A stretch of 63,986 bases of DNA from the NCBI RefSeq assembly GCF_004010195.1, contig NC_057728.1:47145058-47209043 (forward strand), read 5' to 3'. Within the stretch, counting starts at the first letter, position 1. Every line of letters starts with the position of its first letter. Made by a program: the position numbers and the translations under genes. Of this stretch, positions 37,268 to 50,164 are shown one piece after another. Source of the stretch: Chiloscyllium plagiosum. Taxonomy: Eukaryota. The notes beneath the pieces were generated by a model. That model was not told the origin of the DNA, searched no databases, and saw only the letters and a program-made list of their open reading frames with translations.

Positions 37268-38096
37268 ATCATAGAGTCATAGATATGTACAGCACGGAAA
37301 CAGACCCTTCGGTCCAACTTGTCCATGCCAACCAGATATCCCAACCCAATCTAGTCCCACCTGCCAGCACCCAACCCATATCCCTCCAAGCCCTTCCTAT
37401 TCATATATCCATCCAGGTGCCTTTTAAATGTTGCAATTGTACCAGTCTCCATCACTTCCTCAGGCTGCTCATTCCAAACACATACCACCTTCTGCGTGAA
37501 AAAGTTGCCCCTTAGATCTCTTTTATATCTTTCCCCTCTCACCCTAAACCTATGCCCTCTAGTTCTGGACTCTTCAACCCCAGAGAAAAGACTTTGTCTA
37601 TTTATCCTATCCATGCTCCTCGTGATTTTATAAATCTCTATAAGGTCACCCCTCAGCCTCCGATGCTCCAGGGAAAACAGCCCCAGCCTATTCATCCTCT
37701 CCCTGTAGCTCAAATCCTCCAACCCTGGCAACAGCCTTCTACATGTTTTCTGAATCCTTTCAAGTTTTACAACATCTTTCCGATAGGAAGGAAAGCAGAA
37801 TTGCACGCAATATTCCAACAGTGGCCTAACCAATGTCCTGTACAGCTGCAACATGACCTCCCAACTCCTGTACTCAATACTCTGACCAATAAAGGAAAGC
37901 ATACCAAATGCCTTCTTCACTATCCTATCTACCTGCGACTCCACTTTCAAGGACCTACACTCCAAGGTCTCTTTATTCAGCAACACTCTCTAGGACCTTA
38001 CCATTAAGTGTATAAGTCCTGCTAAGATTTGCTTTCCCAAAATGCAGCACCTCACATTTATCCAAATTATACTCCATCTGCCACTTCTCAGCCCAT
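37268..38096 (-). mobile_element. CR1 LINE 3' fragment (young)
   Basis: Minus ORF 37351-37986 (211 aa) is the CR1 ORF2 C-terminus; (CTATGA)-type tail near 37270. Confidence 0.95.
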
Positions 38097-39389
38097 GGAC
38101 AGTGTGTGTTTTGAAAACCATACATATATCAAATGTATGCAGTGTAAAAGGAACCAGATTTTGTCGTCATTGTAATCATGGAATTTATAAACACTACATT
38201 CAACAATGACAAAATGAAGCTTTTAATTTTGATGATGTAACCATCAGAGTTTGAGAAATCACTTTCTCAACTATGTGACAGAAGTTGATTACAGATCTAC
38301 CTCTATGCAAATAAATCTACTCAAATGATCTAAATCAATTCTTATTCAAATGGCTTATTCAAATGCCAAAATAACAGCTTCTTTGTGTGAAAAGAATTTG
38401 AACATTTCTGCAGCTACTTTAGAGAAGGTCAGTGATGGAATCTAAACCTGACTACAGGGATTGTCTCTGGACTGTTATTTAGACTGCTCGCTTAAGATTG
38501 AATATTAGATAGCACCTGAGGTGACATTATGCTTTCAGCAATACTGTCACACTTTGTATTTTCTAAGTGAAATTAATAATTGGTTAATCATAAAACAATC
38601 AAACTCAAAACACTATTTGTAAGATGGATTTTAGTTTTTCACTGATTTCAGTGAGTTTGCTATTTTAACTCCTTACATCAGCTGTGTAACTGAGATGAAT
38701 TTATTTCACACCGGCAAGGGAAGAAATACTTTAAAACACCTGAAAGTTAAATTAAGATCAGTTAGGGAAAAAATGCTTGCTAATTATAATTATTTGTAAA
38801 TAGTACATCAGGTGAGGATAAAAATTCAAATTAAATCGAGAGATTCAAAAAATAATTGGGTGCTCACAAAAGGAGAGATAAACATTACAGGAATGAGTTT
38901 CACTGCACCAAGTGGACTTTTCCCATTAGTGAGCATTTTCTTTTGCTCAGCTATTTACTATATCACAAAAGTGAAACCCTGACAGCAACTTATTGTAGGA
39001 GCTATACCCATTGCTTTTGTGGATGCCTTGTTCAGATCCAAGTTGGGCTGCAGCTCAGCATCCTTACTGGTGTTATCATTTTGCAAGACAGTTCCAAATG
39101 TTGTACAAAACCTAAAAGGTTCTGAAAGGGTTAGGTGGTTGGTGACTTCATTAAGCTCCATCCAATCTGATGATGTCACAAGGGTGGGGAAAGGCAGGCA
39201 GGTCAGGACCAGATAGTTCTCCTCATTCCTATTAATAATTTCTACCATACCAATATCATCGCCATCTGATTGCCATCGTGCAATAAACTTTAAGACAAGA
39301 GCCAGTGATTAGTACATGGAAAAGAAAGCTCACAGATGATTTAGTGATGGGAAGAAAATGTGTGCAAGAGCAAAAAAATGATAAGAGTT

Positions 39390-39515
39390 AGGGGCTTTTC
39401 TGGTGCAGTGGTAGTGTCCCTCCCTCTAAGCCAAAAGACTTTAGTTCAAGTCCTATGCTCCAGAGGTACACAATAGCCAAGTGTTTTAACAGCTTGATTA
39501 GAAAATATCTGAATC
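39390..39515 (+). mobile_element. tRNA-derived SINE head fragment
   Basis: TGGTGCAGTGG A-box and AGTTCAAGTCC B-box-like motifs; no complete cloverleaf. Confidence 0.55.
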
Positions 39516-39599
39516 AAGAGTCACTTGTCATTAGGCTACATAGTCGTTTTCCTCAACTGCCAGAGCAAGCCTTGCAGGGAAGCAGAGAGTAACTGCTCT

Positions 39600-40690
39600 T
39601 GAGATTAGGTTGCATTTGACAGATTGTGGCATCAAGAATCCCTTGCAAGTGGGAGTCAGTGGGAATCAGAGGGAAAACTCTCCACTGATTGGAGTTACGC
39701 CTTGCACAATGGAAGATTTTGTGATGTTGGCAGTCAGTCATCTCAGTCCCAGGACATTGTGACTGAGTTCTTCAGGGTTGTGTTCTATTGTTATAGGAAG
39801 CTGACTGACATCTTCAGCTGCACATCATGACCTTCCTTCCATCACAAGATCAAATGAAGGGATGTTCACTGATGGTTACACAATATTAAATGCTATTCAT
39901 GACTCTCAGCTACTGAAAACAGTCAATGTCCAAATTCAGTCCTTATTCACGAGAGGTTAGAAGAATGAGCTACAATCTCAGTGAAACATAAAAGATTCTG
40001 AAAGGGATTGATAGGGGAGCTGCTGAATGATTGTTCTTGCTGGTTGAGGAACAAGACACAAGTTGCTGAAAAGGGACCGATCATTTGAGACCGAGAAAAG
40101 GAGAAATCATTTAATTTAGAGAGTCATGAACATATGGAAATTTCTACCACAGAATTGTGAATGTTTAAACTCTTAATGCATTTAAGGCAAAGATAGATTT
40201 CTAATCTCAGGGAATCAAGGGATACAGGCAATGGGTAGAAAGTTAGAATGACTTGAAGCCCCAGATCATATTAAATAGAGACAGTTTGGCAGGACACAGA
40301 ACATAGAACAGTACAGCACAGGAATAGGCCCTTCAGCCCACGATGTCGTGCTGACATGACACCAAATTAAACTAATTACTTCTGCCTGTCCTTGGTCCAT
40401 TTCCCTCCAATCCTTGTATATTCACATGCTTACCTAAAAGTCTCATATTAAACACCTTTATCGTATCTTACTCCACCAACACCCCTGGCAGCTTGTTCCA
40501 GACTTCTACCACTTACAGTGTAAAAACACCTTCTCTCACATCTCCTTTGAATTTTCCCCCTCTCAACTTAAATGCATTCCCCTATTTTGAGACATTTCAA
40601 TTCTGGGAAAAAAATTGGAACTGTCAACCCTATCTATGCATGTCATAAATAGATTTCTATCAAGTCTCCCCTCAGCCTCTGCCACTTTAT
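39600..40690. mobile_element. Cluster of old LINE fragments (family B RT +, CR1 tail +, CR1 tail -)
   Basis: 39600-39945 matches the family B RT region. 39950-40280 is a decayed CR1 3' end. 40295-40685 is a minus CR1 3' end starting agaacatagaacagtacagcacagg. Confidence 0.7.
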
Positions 40691-40910
40691 TGTCTTTTAC
40701 TGCATCTTTCTTTTCATAGGTTTTAGAACAGAAGATTGTGAGGAAAAGAGCAACTCTTCATTAATAGCGATTCAACCCAACATGTCACTAAGTGCATGAG
40801 ATAGACCTTGACTTTGAACAAGAGGATAAAGGCATGATAGCTAATTGGAAGTCACTTTGAGTTTTATCCCCATTTCTAAAAATGGCAATTTAGATACTGA
40901 TTTTGATAGC

Positions 40911-41845
40911 TAGTTTCGAGAAGATTTGTAACTCAGGTTGAGGTTTTGAATGTAAGTTTGCTCGCTGAGCTGGAAGGTTCATTTCCAGACGTTTCATTAC
41001 CCTACTAGGTAAAATCTTCAGTGAGCCTCAGGCCAAGCACAGCTGATAAGTCCTGTTTTCTATTTATTTGCTTGGGTTTCTTTGGGTTGGTGATGTCATT
41101 TCCTGGTATGATGTTATTTCCTTGGATGAAGTCACTTCCTGTTCCTTTTCTAAGGGGGTGGTAGATGGGATCAAACTCGATGTGTTTGTTGATAGAGTTC
41201 CGGTTGCAATGCCCTGCCTCTAGGAATTCTCGTGCATGTCTTTGTTTGACTTGTCCTAGCATGGATGTGTTGTCCCAGTCGAAGTGGTGTCCTTTCTCAT
41301 CTGTATGTGAGGATACTAGTGAGAGAGGGTCATGTCTTTTTGTGGCTAGTTGGTGTTCATGTATCCTGGTGGCTAGTTTTCTGCCTGTTTGTCCAATGTA
41401 NNNNNNNNNNNNNNNNNNNNNNNNNNNNNNNNNNNNNNNNNNNNNNNNNNNNNNNNNNNNNNNNNNNNNNNNNNNNNNNNNNNNNNNNNNNNNNNNNNNN
41501 NNNNNNNNNNNNNNNNNNNNNNNNNNNNNNNNNNNNNNNNNNNNNNNNNNNNNNNNNNNNNNNNNNNNNNNNNNNNNNNNNNNNNNNNNNNNNNNNNNNN
41601 NNNNNNNNNNNNNNNNNNNNNNNNNNNNNNNNNNNNNNNNNNNNNNNNNNNNNNNNNNNNNNNNNNNNNNNNNNNNNNNNNNNNNNNNNNNNNNNNNNNN
41701 NNNNNNNNNNACCCAAACATATAAATAGAAAGCAGGAATCTTCAGCATTGCCTTGCCTGAGGCCCACTGAAGATGTTACCTAGTAGAGTAATGGAACGTC
41801 TGGAAATGAACCTTCCAGCTCAACGAGCAAACCTACATCCAAAAC
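40911..41845 (-). mobile_element. Penelope-like element with GIY-YIG endonuclease and inverted terminal repeat, spanning the gap
   Basis: Minus 41400-41005: YIGQTGRKLATRIHEH..H..GHHFDWDNT..REFLEA..NSIN (GIY-YIG). 41711-41843 is the reverse complement of about 40945-41078. Confidence 0.92.
41401..41710. other. Assembly gap (310 N)
   Basis: Run of N. Confidence 1.
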
Positions 41846-44809
41846 TGATTTTAATGTCCTCCTAAAGTCAAGATCCGTTCTTGTGAGGTTTTTTTTAGAT
41901 GCTAAAGACTTGAAAATCAAGAGTTGTTTTAAATGTCAGTTATATTTTTGATCATAAAAGGTGCGATTACAAATAGAGACACGATGTATTCATTTTGTCC
42001 AGTCCATTTATAAACCAGCTTGTCACAATCATTTGGTCTCATTTTTACTCAAAAATACTGCAGTTTCTGTCAAACAATCAGGACAGTGTTTATTTTCTAG
42101 CCTCCCAGTATCCACTGTGAGATAAAAATAACAACCATATAATTCATTTCACTAAAATTACCAGTAATTTAGAGAAACTTGCTATTACCTGCAGACAGTT
42201 GTAGCAACTGACAAGTTATTCAGTCATGAATCATAAAGTTAGTACCACCCTTCATTAAGGCTGCCCGAGCAATGTTGCAATTTACATGTATCTATTCAGT
42301 TCAACACAAGACTCTCACTTCGTACAATAATCAATGAGGCCAGGTTGCACACAGATTCTAGGAGGCATAAATAATTACTCTCAGGGCACGTTAATTTTTC
42401 AAAAAGCACAGTATGGACTTACAGTACCATTTAAAGGAAAGTTTTCTGAATATTGCTTATAAGGTAATCATCATTTATTGATTTCCTTTGTAAAGAAGTT
42501 AAGATTGATGGTCTGGGAGAACAAATAATGAAACAGTGAGGGAACTATTGAAATAGATTTCCCACTTCCTGCTTCACGTTATAGCTACCATTCGTCTCCC
42601 AGTATTTTTAACCGTTACCAACAATTTGTAAAATATTGATAGTAAAGTGGAAGGATAGTTTCGAGAGCTTATAAGAATTATGCAACAAGATAGAATTTCT
42701 ATTGTGGTTCAGAATGTGAGCCTCAGGAAAAGTTAGGACAGAAAATGAACAGGACTCACATGGAAAATCTATCCCGTGAGATGTGTGTTGAAGTCCATTT
42801 TTTCTGTATCTGAGGTAGATACTGAGTTGGCAGCTGTGGAGAAGTAGTCACTGAAGAATTGTAACAATCAGGAAACATAATAATGTGGCGGATGGAACAT
42901 TCATTAGTGCCCAGGAAATAGCTTTGGGCTTATTCTATAGGTCAATCTGAACATTCAAAGCTTATTGAATAGTCGATTTGTTGCAGGTTGTGGAGATGGA
43001 AAGTTTCTGCATTCAGGCTCCGAGGCAGTCAGGTATTTAGCAGGGATAAAACAGGCAGAAGGCACCATCACAAAAATAGTGTTGCCATATCAGAGTCTGA
43101 GCATTTTAAATTCTGAAGTCTTACAAACAAATGAATATATTGACATTCATGGGCAAGAAAAGCCCTGGAGTGTGGGGCTTAGAAGAAACCTGCGAACTAT
43201 CAAAAGTTTAGTCACTTGTAAGTTGAACTATGTTGATATAGATGAGTTAAGAACAGGAAAACTTGCTATTGAATTTCTTCAAGAGTGTATTAAATCCAAA
43301 ATTGTGCCAGTTACATTTCCAAATCTCCTACAGTCCCTATGTCAACAAATCAGCACTCTCTTCTCATGCACTATAAAATGTTGATTTTCCCCTTAAATTG
43401 ATATTCTTTGAATTGTCCTGATGGGTACAAGATGAAAATGCAAAACAAAATAGGTTTCTTTCAGTAGTCTTCAAGGTCCATACCACTATTACTAAAACCT
43501 TTATTTTGTCTGTTTGAAATTGTGATATATTGTGGTTTTATTCTCTTAGATTTATCTGGGATTTTAAATAGTGTCCTTTAATGCAACGTAGCCAGATTGC
43601 AGCTTACGTTTGGTGGTCTAGTCTGGGATCATTGTAGATTATAACAGGAGTGTTCAGCTAAATGCCCAAGACTGTTAACTGTTTTACAAGTTCAGGAAAC
43701 CTGCTTTCAAAGTTGAGGGTATTTTCTTTTATGTTACTTACTCACTGAGGCATGTTATCTGAATTTGATCGGTAATTTGAAACCCTTGCCTTTCCTTAAC
43801 TCTTGTTTCTCTCATTTCCTTGTTGCAATTCCCAGTAGAAAGATTTACTTTTTAATGGGTAGCACACAATGTTGGAGAGGGATTTTAAATAGAGTCTGAA
43901 TCCCACACTCAATAGCACAAATCAATCTTTATTCAGGGCTCTTTACCAATGCAGCATCAGAGAAATCGCTCAGAAATTCTGCGTTTCCTAATAAAGTACA
44001 ATATATTTATACATTCTGTGTTACAATAATTACCATACAACAATGACATCAATGCGTGCCATCTCCCCTCTAACCTACGCATCCTATCCTGTGAACACAC
44101 AATCAAAGATTGACAACTTGCAGGCTCGAAGGGCAGAATGGCCTACTCCTGCACCTATTGTCTATTGTCTATTGTGATGTTTTCAAACCCCCTATCACCT
44201 GTCCCTTGACTCTTACAATACGTATTATTGACCATATTCCAACACTAAACATTTGCCAGCTGCTATTGTTACCAAAGTTCTCCAGTGATGTTTATCGAAA
44301 CTATTCTCCGTGTCCAAGGCTGGGAAAATAATTTTCAGCCAGAGGGTGTTGGGAGTCTTGGAAACATTGCCTGGGAGGGTAGTTGAGGTGGGAAATATTG
44401 CAACTTTTAAAAAAGGTTGAGCACTTGAAATGTCATAATCATTCAAGGCAATTGCCCAAGTCCTGAAAAGTAGGGCTATTATAGATTTGGAGTGGATCTT
44501 TTCAGTGCAAAGTCAATTGGCCAAAGTGCTCTTCTCTTGTGTATGATTCTATAATTCTATGACTTGGAGCAGGTAATAGTACGATAAAATGTAGACCTTT
44601 TAAAGTATCCCCTCTCAATACAATATCTCTAATTTAATCTGCAGTCCAAAGAAAACAAAAAAAATCACGACGCTAAGTGGGTGTTAAATTACACCATTGA
44701 TGTTTTGTCGCCAATTTATGGCACTATGTAATTCATGTCAACCAAAGTCAAGCCAATAAGAAATCAAAAAAACTTGCAAACGACAGGCTGTAATAAAAAA
44801 AGCATCATA

Positions 44810-45303
44810 GTACTTATGTTATTGGACTAGTAGAGGTCTTTGCAAAAGAGCCAACCACATGAGTTCAAATCTCACCATGGCAACTAGGGAATTTAAATTC
44901 AGTTAATTAAGTAAACCTGAAATAAAATGGCACTATCACTGATAGCAGCCACAAAGCTGCTGGATTGTTGTGAAAGTCTCTGGATTAGTGGTGCTGGAAG
45001 AGCACAGCAGTTCAGGCGTCATCCAAAGAGCAGCGAAATCGACGTTTCGGGCAAAAGCCCTTCATCAGGAATAAAAGCTGTCTGGTTCTTTCAAATGTCC
45101 TTTAGTGAAGGAAAATTTGGGCTATTTGAAACTCTAAACCCATAGCAATGTGGTCAGTCCTTAAATAGCCTCTTTTGTAGCCTGGAATTAAAGCCACTCA
45201 ATTGTATTAAGGGTAGCAGCTCACCAAAACCTTCTCAAAGGCAATTTAAAAGTTACATTGCTCACATGTCAATGCTCATGTCCCAAGATCAAATAAAAAT
45301 AAT
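44810..45303 (+). mobile_element. Family B-related SINE (SacSINE1/DeuSINE-like) with a nested Penelope terminus (about 44979-45072)
   Basis: B-box GAGTTCAAATC, body matching 4897-5210, tail gcagctcaccaaaaccttctcaaaggcaatt..aatgctcatgtccc. The family name is from memory, not from a search. Confidence 0.7.
45036..45072 (-). ncRNA. Candidate minimal hammerhead core
   Basis: Minus strand ATTC-CTGATGA-A-GGGC-TTTT-GCCC-GAA-ACGT-C-GATT: intact core and GUC triplet, weak stem I. Confidence 0.55.
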
Positions 45304-46787
45304 TCAGAAGTTAGAGCATACTCCAAAGTTATTATCATCCCTTCAATCAAGACAAAAATAATGGCTTGCACGTTGATCCAATTGACAATATTTTGACATG
45401 TTACTAATCCATTCACATCCAACATAACATTTGATTGTGTGGCATTGTAAAGACAATTTCAACTGAGAATGCCAAAAACACAATGTAAACTGGAAAACTT
45501 AATCTACCAGCTCTCCTGAAGGACTAAATGGACAGGTAACAATTACTGACCCAAGTATGAGTACTGAATGAATCTCAGCAGCATAACGTCTCAATTCAAG
45601 TCCAGCTGTGTAAATGATACTATATCATGTGTGTAGATTTGTAAAATGATGTTACTGCGCAGTCAGCTGCCAGTCTGGCTAATGATTGAGGCAAAATCTG
45701 TCAAGAATAGCTGTGCTGAATAGAAGTGTCATTGGAAAAGAAAAAACAATTCACTCAAGTGGGCTCCACTGTACTGACAGATGAAGCCAACAATGTTTGG
45801 CTCATAGTTCCTGAAATCCATCAAGTTATGTTTACATCATTCCAAAACCCACACTGGTGGAATTGACCCACGCATAGGTCCAAACACAGCAATGTGCAAT
45901 TTGAAAGTAAATCTGTTGGTGTATCTAACATGGTGCGATATCAAATCAATTACAAAGTACTTGGTTGGGAAAGACCAGGCCAACTTTGTACCTTATGGTT
46001 TTGTTTTAAATTATTGTCATCCATGGTCTGGAAAATGGTACAGTTTTATAGAATAAACAAACACTTTCAATGTTTAACATTTGTAGTACTCAATAAATTT
46101 ACAGAGAGCAATTATTTGAAATCTTTGTTTTTATAGGATTTGTACAAATCAGTTGTGTTTTACAGTTTACACAACTCTCAGATCGTATTTTGTTATCTCA
46201 TTCTCCTCTCATTAGCTGCATCTAATTGGTACAGTAAAATGGTTTGTATTCACACCAAGCAAGAAGGGAGATATTATCAGTGTTGTCAATTTGCAAGATG
46301 TGCAGATTCTAATAGCCAGGAATGAATGCCCTGAGTCACAGGAACTTGTATTTATGCTTAAAACATCAAAGCTGCCAGATTAAAACCAAGCCTTCAGGGA
46401 GAACCTTTAAACATAGGCAGGCTGAGAATGTCGAACCAGCTGCCACATGGATTATTGATTGAAGCAACAGTATAGAAACACTGAAGGAGAGGCTTAGTAG
46501 AAGCACAACATGAAAGAAAAGGAGGAGAGAATTATGGGGACAGAGCAGGAAGAAATTATTTAAGTGACAGGAGAGTTGTATCAGCTGATTTCTTTAATCA
46601 ATTTATTTAATTTTTAAGATGTGGACATCACTAGCAAGGCCAACATTTAATCCCCCATCTTTAATTGTCCTTGAGAAGTTGATGGTGAGCTACTTTGTTG
46701 AAGTACTGTGTCAATCTAGTGAGGGTAAACTCATAGTACTGTTCAGAAGGGAGTTCCAGGGCTTTGATTCAGAGATAGTGAAGAAGG

Positions 46788-47027
46788 GGTTATTAAAATA
46801 ATTCCACAGAGTCCGGTATCCTGTCACCAAATCACCCTTTATTTACATGTGGAGAGTCCTTGACACTGATCGAGCTCCCTCTGAGCCAGCCCTCAGAGTG
46901 AACAGGATGTCTGACATTCCTGTTCATGTCTGTCAGCCAGGGCTCCGTGATTAGACCAGATTAACAACCCCAATCAGGGAACTCATTCTATCAGATCCAG
47001 CTGGCTGACCTCATTACAATCACTACA
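46788..47027 (-). mobile_element. Short solo LTR inserted in a minus-strand family B tail (46610-47045)
   Basis: Minus strand starts TGTAGTGATTGTAATG, has AATAAA near 46840 and ends ..TTAATAAC. Host sequence resumes on both sides. Confidence 0.6.
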
Positions 47028-47094
47028 GCCGTATATTTCCAAACACTGTCAAATTCTGTGAAATGACCCTTTTCTGCATGAAGAGTTCTATGTA

Positions 47095-47575
47095 CTGTAT
47101 GTACTCTTATATAGGTCAGTCTCATATATAAGTTGACCCCTTTTTTTGGCCAAAAATATCTTGTATTTTCTATATATCTTATGTATTATTCGACCCAGCA
47201 TCTTCACAGTTACAGATCAACATTTATGAGTCAGTGTGCCTGCCCGTTGCATTCCGCTCTGGCTTAGCAGTCTGTTGGCCGTACCGCTCCTTCCAGGTCT
47301 TCCAGTCAGCCAGCCATCACGCTCCGCTCCAGGTTTTCAGAATTACTATAATGGTACAACTGTACAGGGCAACTAGTTTACCATGGCTCGAACATATTAC
47401 GGTAATGTTCCAAAACCAGGGACCAGGGGGCTGCCAAGAAGGTAAATTTCCCATTTTATCTATTTTATAGATAAATATTCATCCCCTCAAAAACAATACT
47501 TTGTGTATAAGTCGACCCCCTAATTTCAGAATTTAAAAAGTCTTCAAAATTCAACCTATACGCAAGTATATATGG
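47095..47575. mobile_element. Non-autonomous Tc1/mariner (Tc2/pogo-type) DNA transposon
   Basis: Imperfect TIRs CTGTATGTACTCTTATATAGGT / ACCTATACGCAAGTATATATGG, TA on both sides (47093-47094, 47576-47577), subterminal TATAAGT(C/T)GACCCC repeats. Confidence 0.8.
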
Positions 47576-47718
47576 TAGTTCTTTTAAACAGATTGGTGAA
47601 AACTTACCTGCAGAAATGTAGCACTATATCTCAGTAGCAAAAACACAAACAGCGAATGAGTAAGGTTCAAATGATCTGAATATAGAGAATGTTCTGACTA
47701 TATATAGATCAATAAATG

Positions 47719-47784
47719 ATGCTGGAAGAGCAGCACCACTAATCCAGAATCTGGTTTCCAGCATCTGCAGTCATTGTTTTTACC
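47719..47784. mobile_element. 66-bp Penelope-terminus mini-insert
   Basis: Ends ..gcagtcattgtttttacc. TSD TAGAT(C/T)AATAAATG (47705-47718 / 47785-47798). Confidence 0.85.
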
Positions 47785-48109
47785 TAGATTAATAAATGGT
47801 CCATTACTTGGGACAGAACAGTATTGGCAATTTATTGTACATCTGCTGTGTGAAAGTCAAAATTTACAGCAATAACACCCTGGGTTAGTCATTGGAAAAA
47901 TAAAAATAGGAAAATTATTTTCAAAATGGTTCATGACAACTAACTATTCTGAAGCCTTGGAAAAACTGCTAGAGGATCTTTCGCCTGCCAGACATATGTA
48001 AGAGTAAGAAACAAGTTGGTTTAAGGTTATTTGAGAATGGCACTGTAAAAATAGGAACAAGAGAACAGGAGTAAGCCATTCAGCCCATCAAGGCTGCCAT
48101 ACTATACTA

Positions 48110-48328
48110 TGATGTGGAGGTGCCACTGTTGGACTGGGGTGGACAAAGTAAAAAATCACACAACACCAGGTCATAGTCTAACAGGTTTATTTGGAAGCAC
48201 CAGCTTTCGGAGCACTGGTCCTTCATCAAATGGTTGTGGAACAGGATCACTGATGAAGGAGCAGTGCTCCAAAAGCTAGTGCTTCCAAATAAACCTGTTG
48301 GACTATAACCTGGTATTGTGTGATTTTT
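48110..48328. mobile_element. Penelope-terminus-derived fold-back element with two opposed hammerhead remnants
   Basis: Inverted arms about 48151-48229 / 48250-48328. TSD ATACTAT(A/G)CTA (48099-48109 / 48329-48339). Confidence 0.88.
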
Positions 48329-48499
48329 ATACTATGCTAGACCATGGCTGATTATCTCCTTAATGCGAGGAGAAAGTGAGGACTGCAGATGCTGGAGATC
48401 AGAGCTGAAAATGTGTTGCTGGAGATAGTCAGGCAGCATCCAAGGAGCAGGAGAATCGACGTTTCGGGCATAAGTCTGAAGAAGGGCTTCTTGTAAGAG

Positions 48500-49580
48500 T
48501 ACTGTTGTCAGACAGACCTATGGATTCAGGTACATAGTTCTTTGAAAGTTGCATCACAAGAAGACAGGATGGTTAAGAAAGCACACTTGCCTTTATTACT
48601 CTTACCATTGAGTTAGGAGTTGGGATGTCATGTTGAGATTGTACAGGACATTGGTGAAGCTACTTTTGGAGTGCTGTGTACAGTTTTGGTCGCCCTGCAA
48701 TAGGAAGGATATTATTAAATTGGAGAGGGTTCAGAAAAGATTTACCAGGATTAGATTAGATTCCCTACAGTGTGGAAACAGGCCCTTCTGCCCAACAAAA
48801 CCACACCAACCCTCCGAAGAGCAATTCACCCAGACCCATCCCCCCCTGACTAATGCACCTAACCCTACAGGCAAGTTAGCATGGCCAATTCACCTAAACT
48901 GCTGTGCTCTTCCAGCAGCACTAATCCAGAATCTGGTTTCCAGCATCTGCAGTCATTGTTTTTACCTCGTTGAATTCACATCTTCGGACTGTGGGAGGAA
49001 ACCGGAGCACCCGGAGGAAACCCACGCAGACACAGAGAGAATGTGCAAACTCCACACAGACAGTTGCCCGAGGCAGGAATTGAATCCGGGTCCCTGGCAC
49101 TGTGAGACAGCAGTGCTAACCACTGAGCCACCGTCCCGCCCCTGCGACTGTTGCTGGGACTGGAGGGTTTGAGCTTTTCATTTTTCGCCAGTATATAAGA
49201 GGTTGAGGGGTGACCTTAGAGGTTTATTAAAACATGACGGCCATAGATAAGGTGAATAGCAAAGATATTTTCTTCAGGATGGGAGAGTTCAAAGCTAGAT
49301 GGCATATTTTTAAGGTGAGAGGATAAAGGTTTAAAAGGGACCTAAGGGGCAACTTTTTCAAACAGAGAGTGGTTCATATGTGGAATGAATAGCCAGAGGA
49401 AGTGATAGATGCAGGTCAAGTTACAAGATTTAAAAGTCATTTGGATAGGTACATGAATAGGAAAGGTTTGGATGATTATGGATCAAATGCAGGAAAGTGG
49501 GACTAGTTTACTTTGGGAAAGTTGCTCCGCATGGATGAGTTGGACTGAAGGTTGGGTTTCCGTGTCACATGACTATGACA
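48500..49580 (+). mobile_element. CR1 3' fragment with a nested minus-strand HE1 SINE (48751-49142), which holds a Penelope mini-insert (about 48898-48972)
   Basis: ORF 48630-49172 starts LYRTLVKLLLECCVQFWSP..LERVQKRFTR and then runs into SINE sequence; CR1 resumes near 49147. Confidence 0.9.
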
Positions 49581-50164
49581 ATCCTGCCATTCCAGGAATT
49601 AACCTGATGAGTCACTGTTAAATTCTTTATTTGTCAACTGTGTTCTTTTTTTAAGATACATTAACTGTACACAATACTCTAAGGTGAGGTCTAACCAATG
49701 CAATATATTTGTACTTCTGCATTCAAATTGTCTGAAAATGAATGCCAAAATATTGTTTCCTTTCTAATTACTTGCTGCTCCCGCATGCTAACATTTTGTG
49801 GCTTATGGACAAACACACAGATCCTTTTAGACTTCACACTTATTCACAGCATATTCCATCTGCCATGTTCTAACCTGTTCATCAAGATTGTTCAAATTCT
49901 CTTGGAACTTCCTTGCATCGTCCTCATTATTTACATTCCCATTCTTAGAAATAAGTACTTATTTCATCCTTTTTACAGATCCAAAACACATGCCAAGAAA
50001 ATCAAACTTTACAAAGGTTTGACCCCTTTGAGATTGGTGCCAGAAATTAAAGCATTGCTAGACTAAGTAAGATGTTGTTTAGACATGGTTTCCGCCTGAT
50101 GTCTTCTCCTAGATGGGCGAAAGAAGATGCCCTCCTCCTGCCAGCCTACTCTACCTATAATGCA

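Noticed and set aside
37552..38007. 151-aa plus ORF and similar ORFs (50127-50630, 21844-22176, 25794-26225, 9434-9880)
   Set aside because: Antisense shadows of CR1 ORF2.
38958..39248. 96-aa minus ORF in non-repeat DNA
   Set aside because: No recognisable homology; splice signals are ambiguous.
41005..41783. Long ORFs spanning 41-42 kb
   Set aside because: Their length comes from translating the N gap; only the GIY-YIG part is real.
42965..43384. 139-aa plus-strand ORF with an acceptor-like ttgcag near 42987
   Set aside because: No recognisable domain, a non-ATG start and no convincing donor. It may be a very old LINE remnant or chance, so it is not called a CDS.
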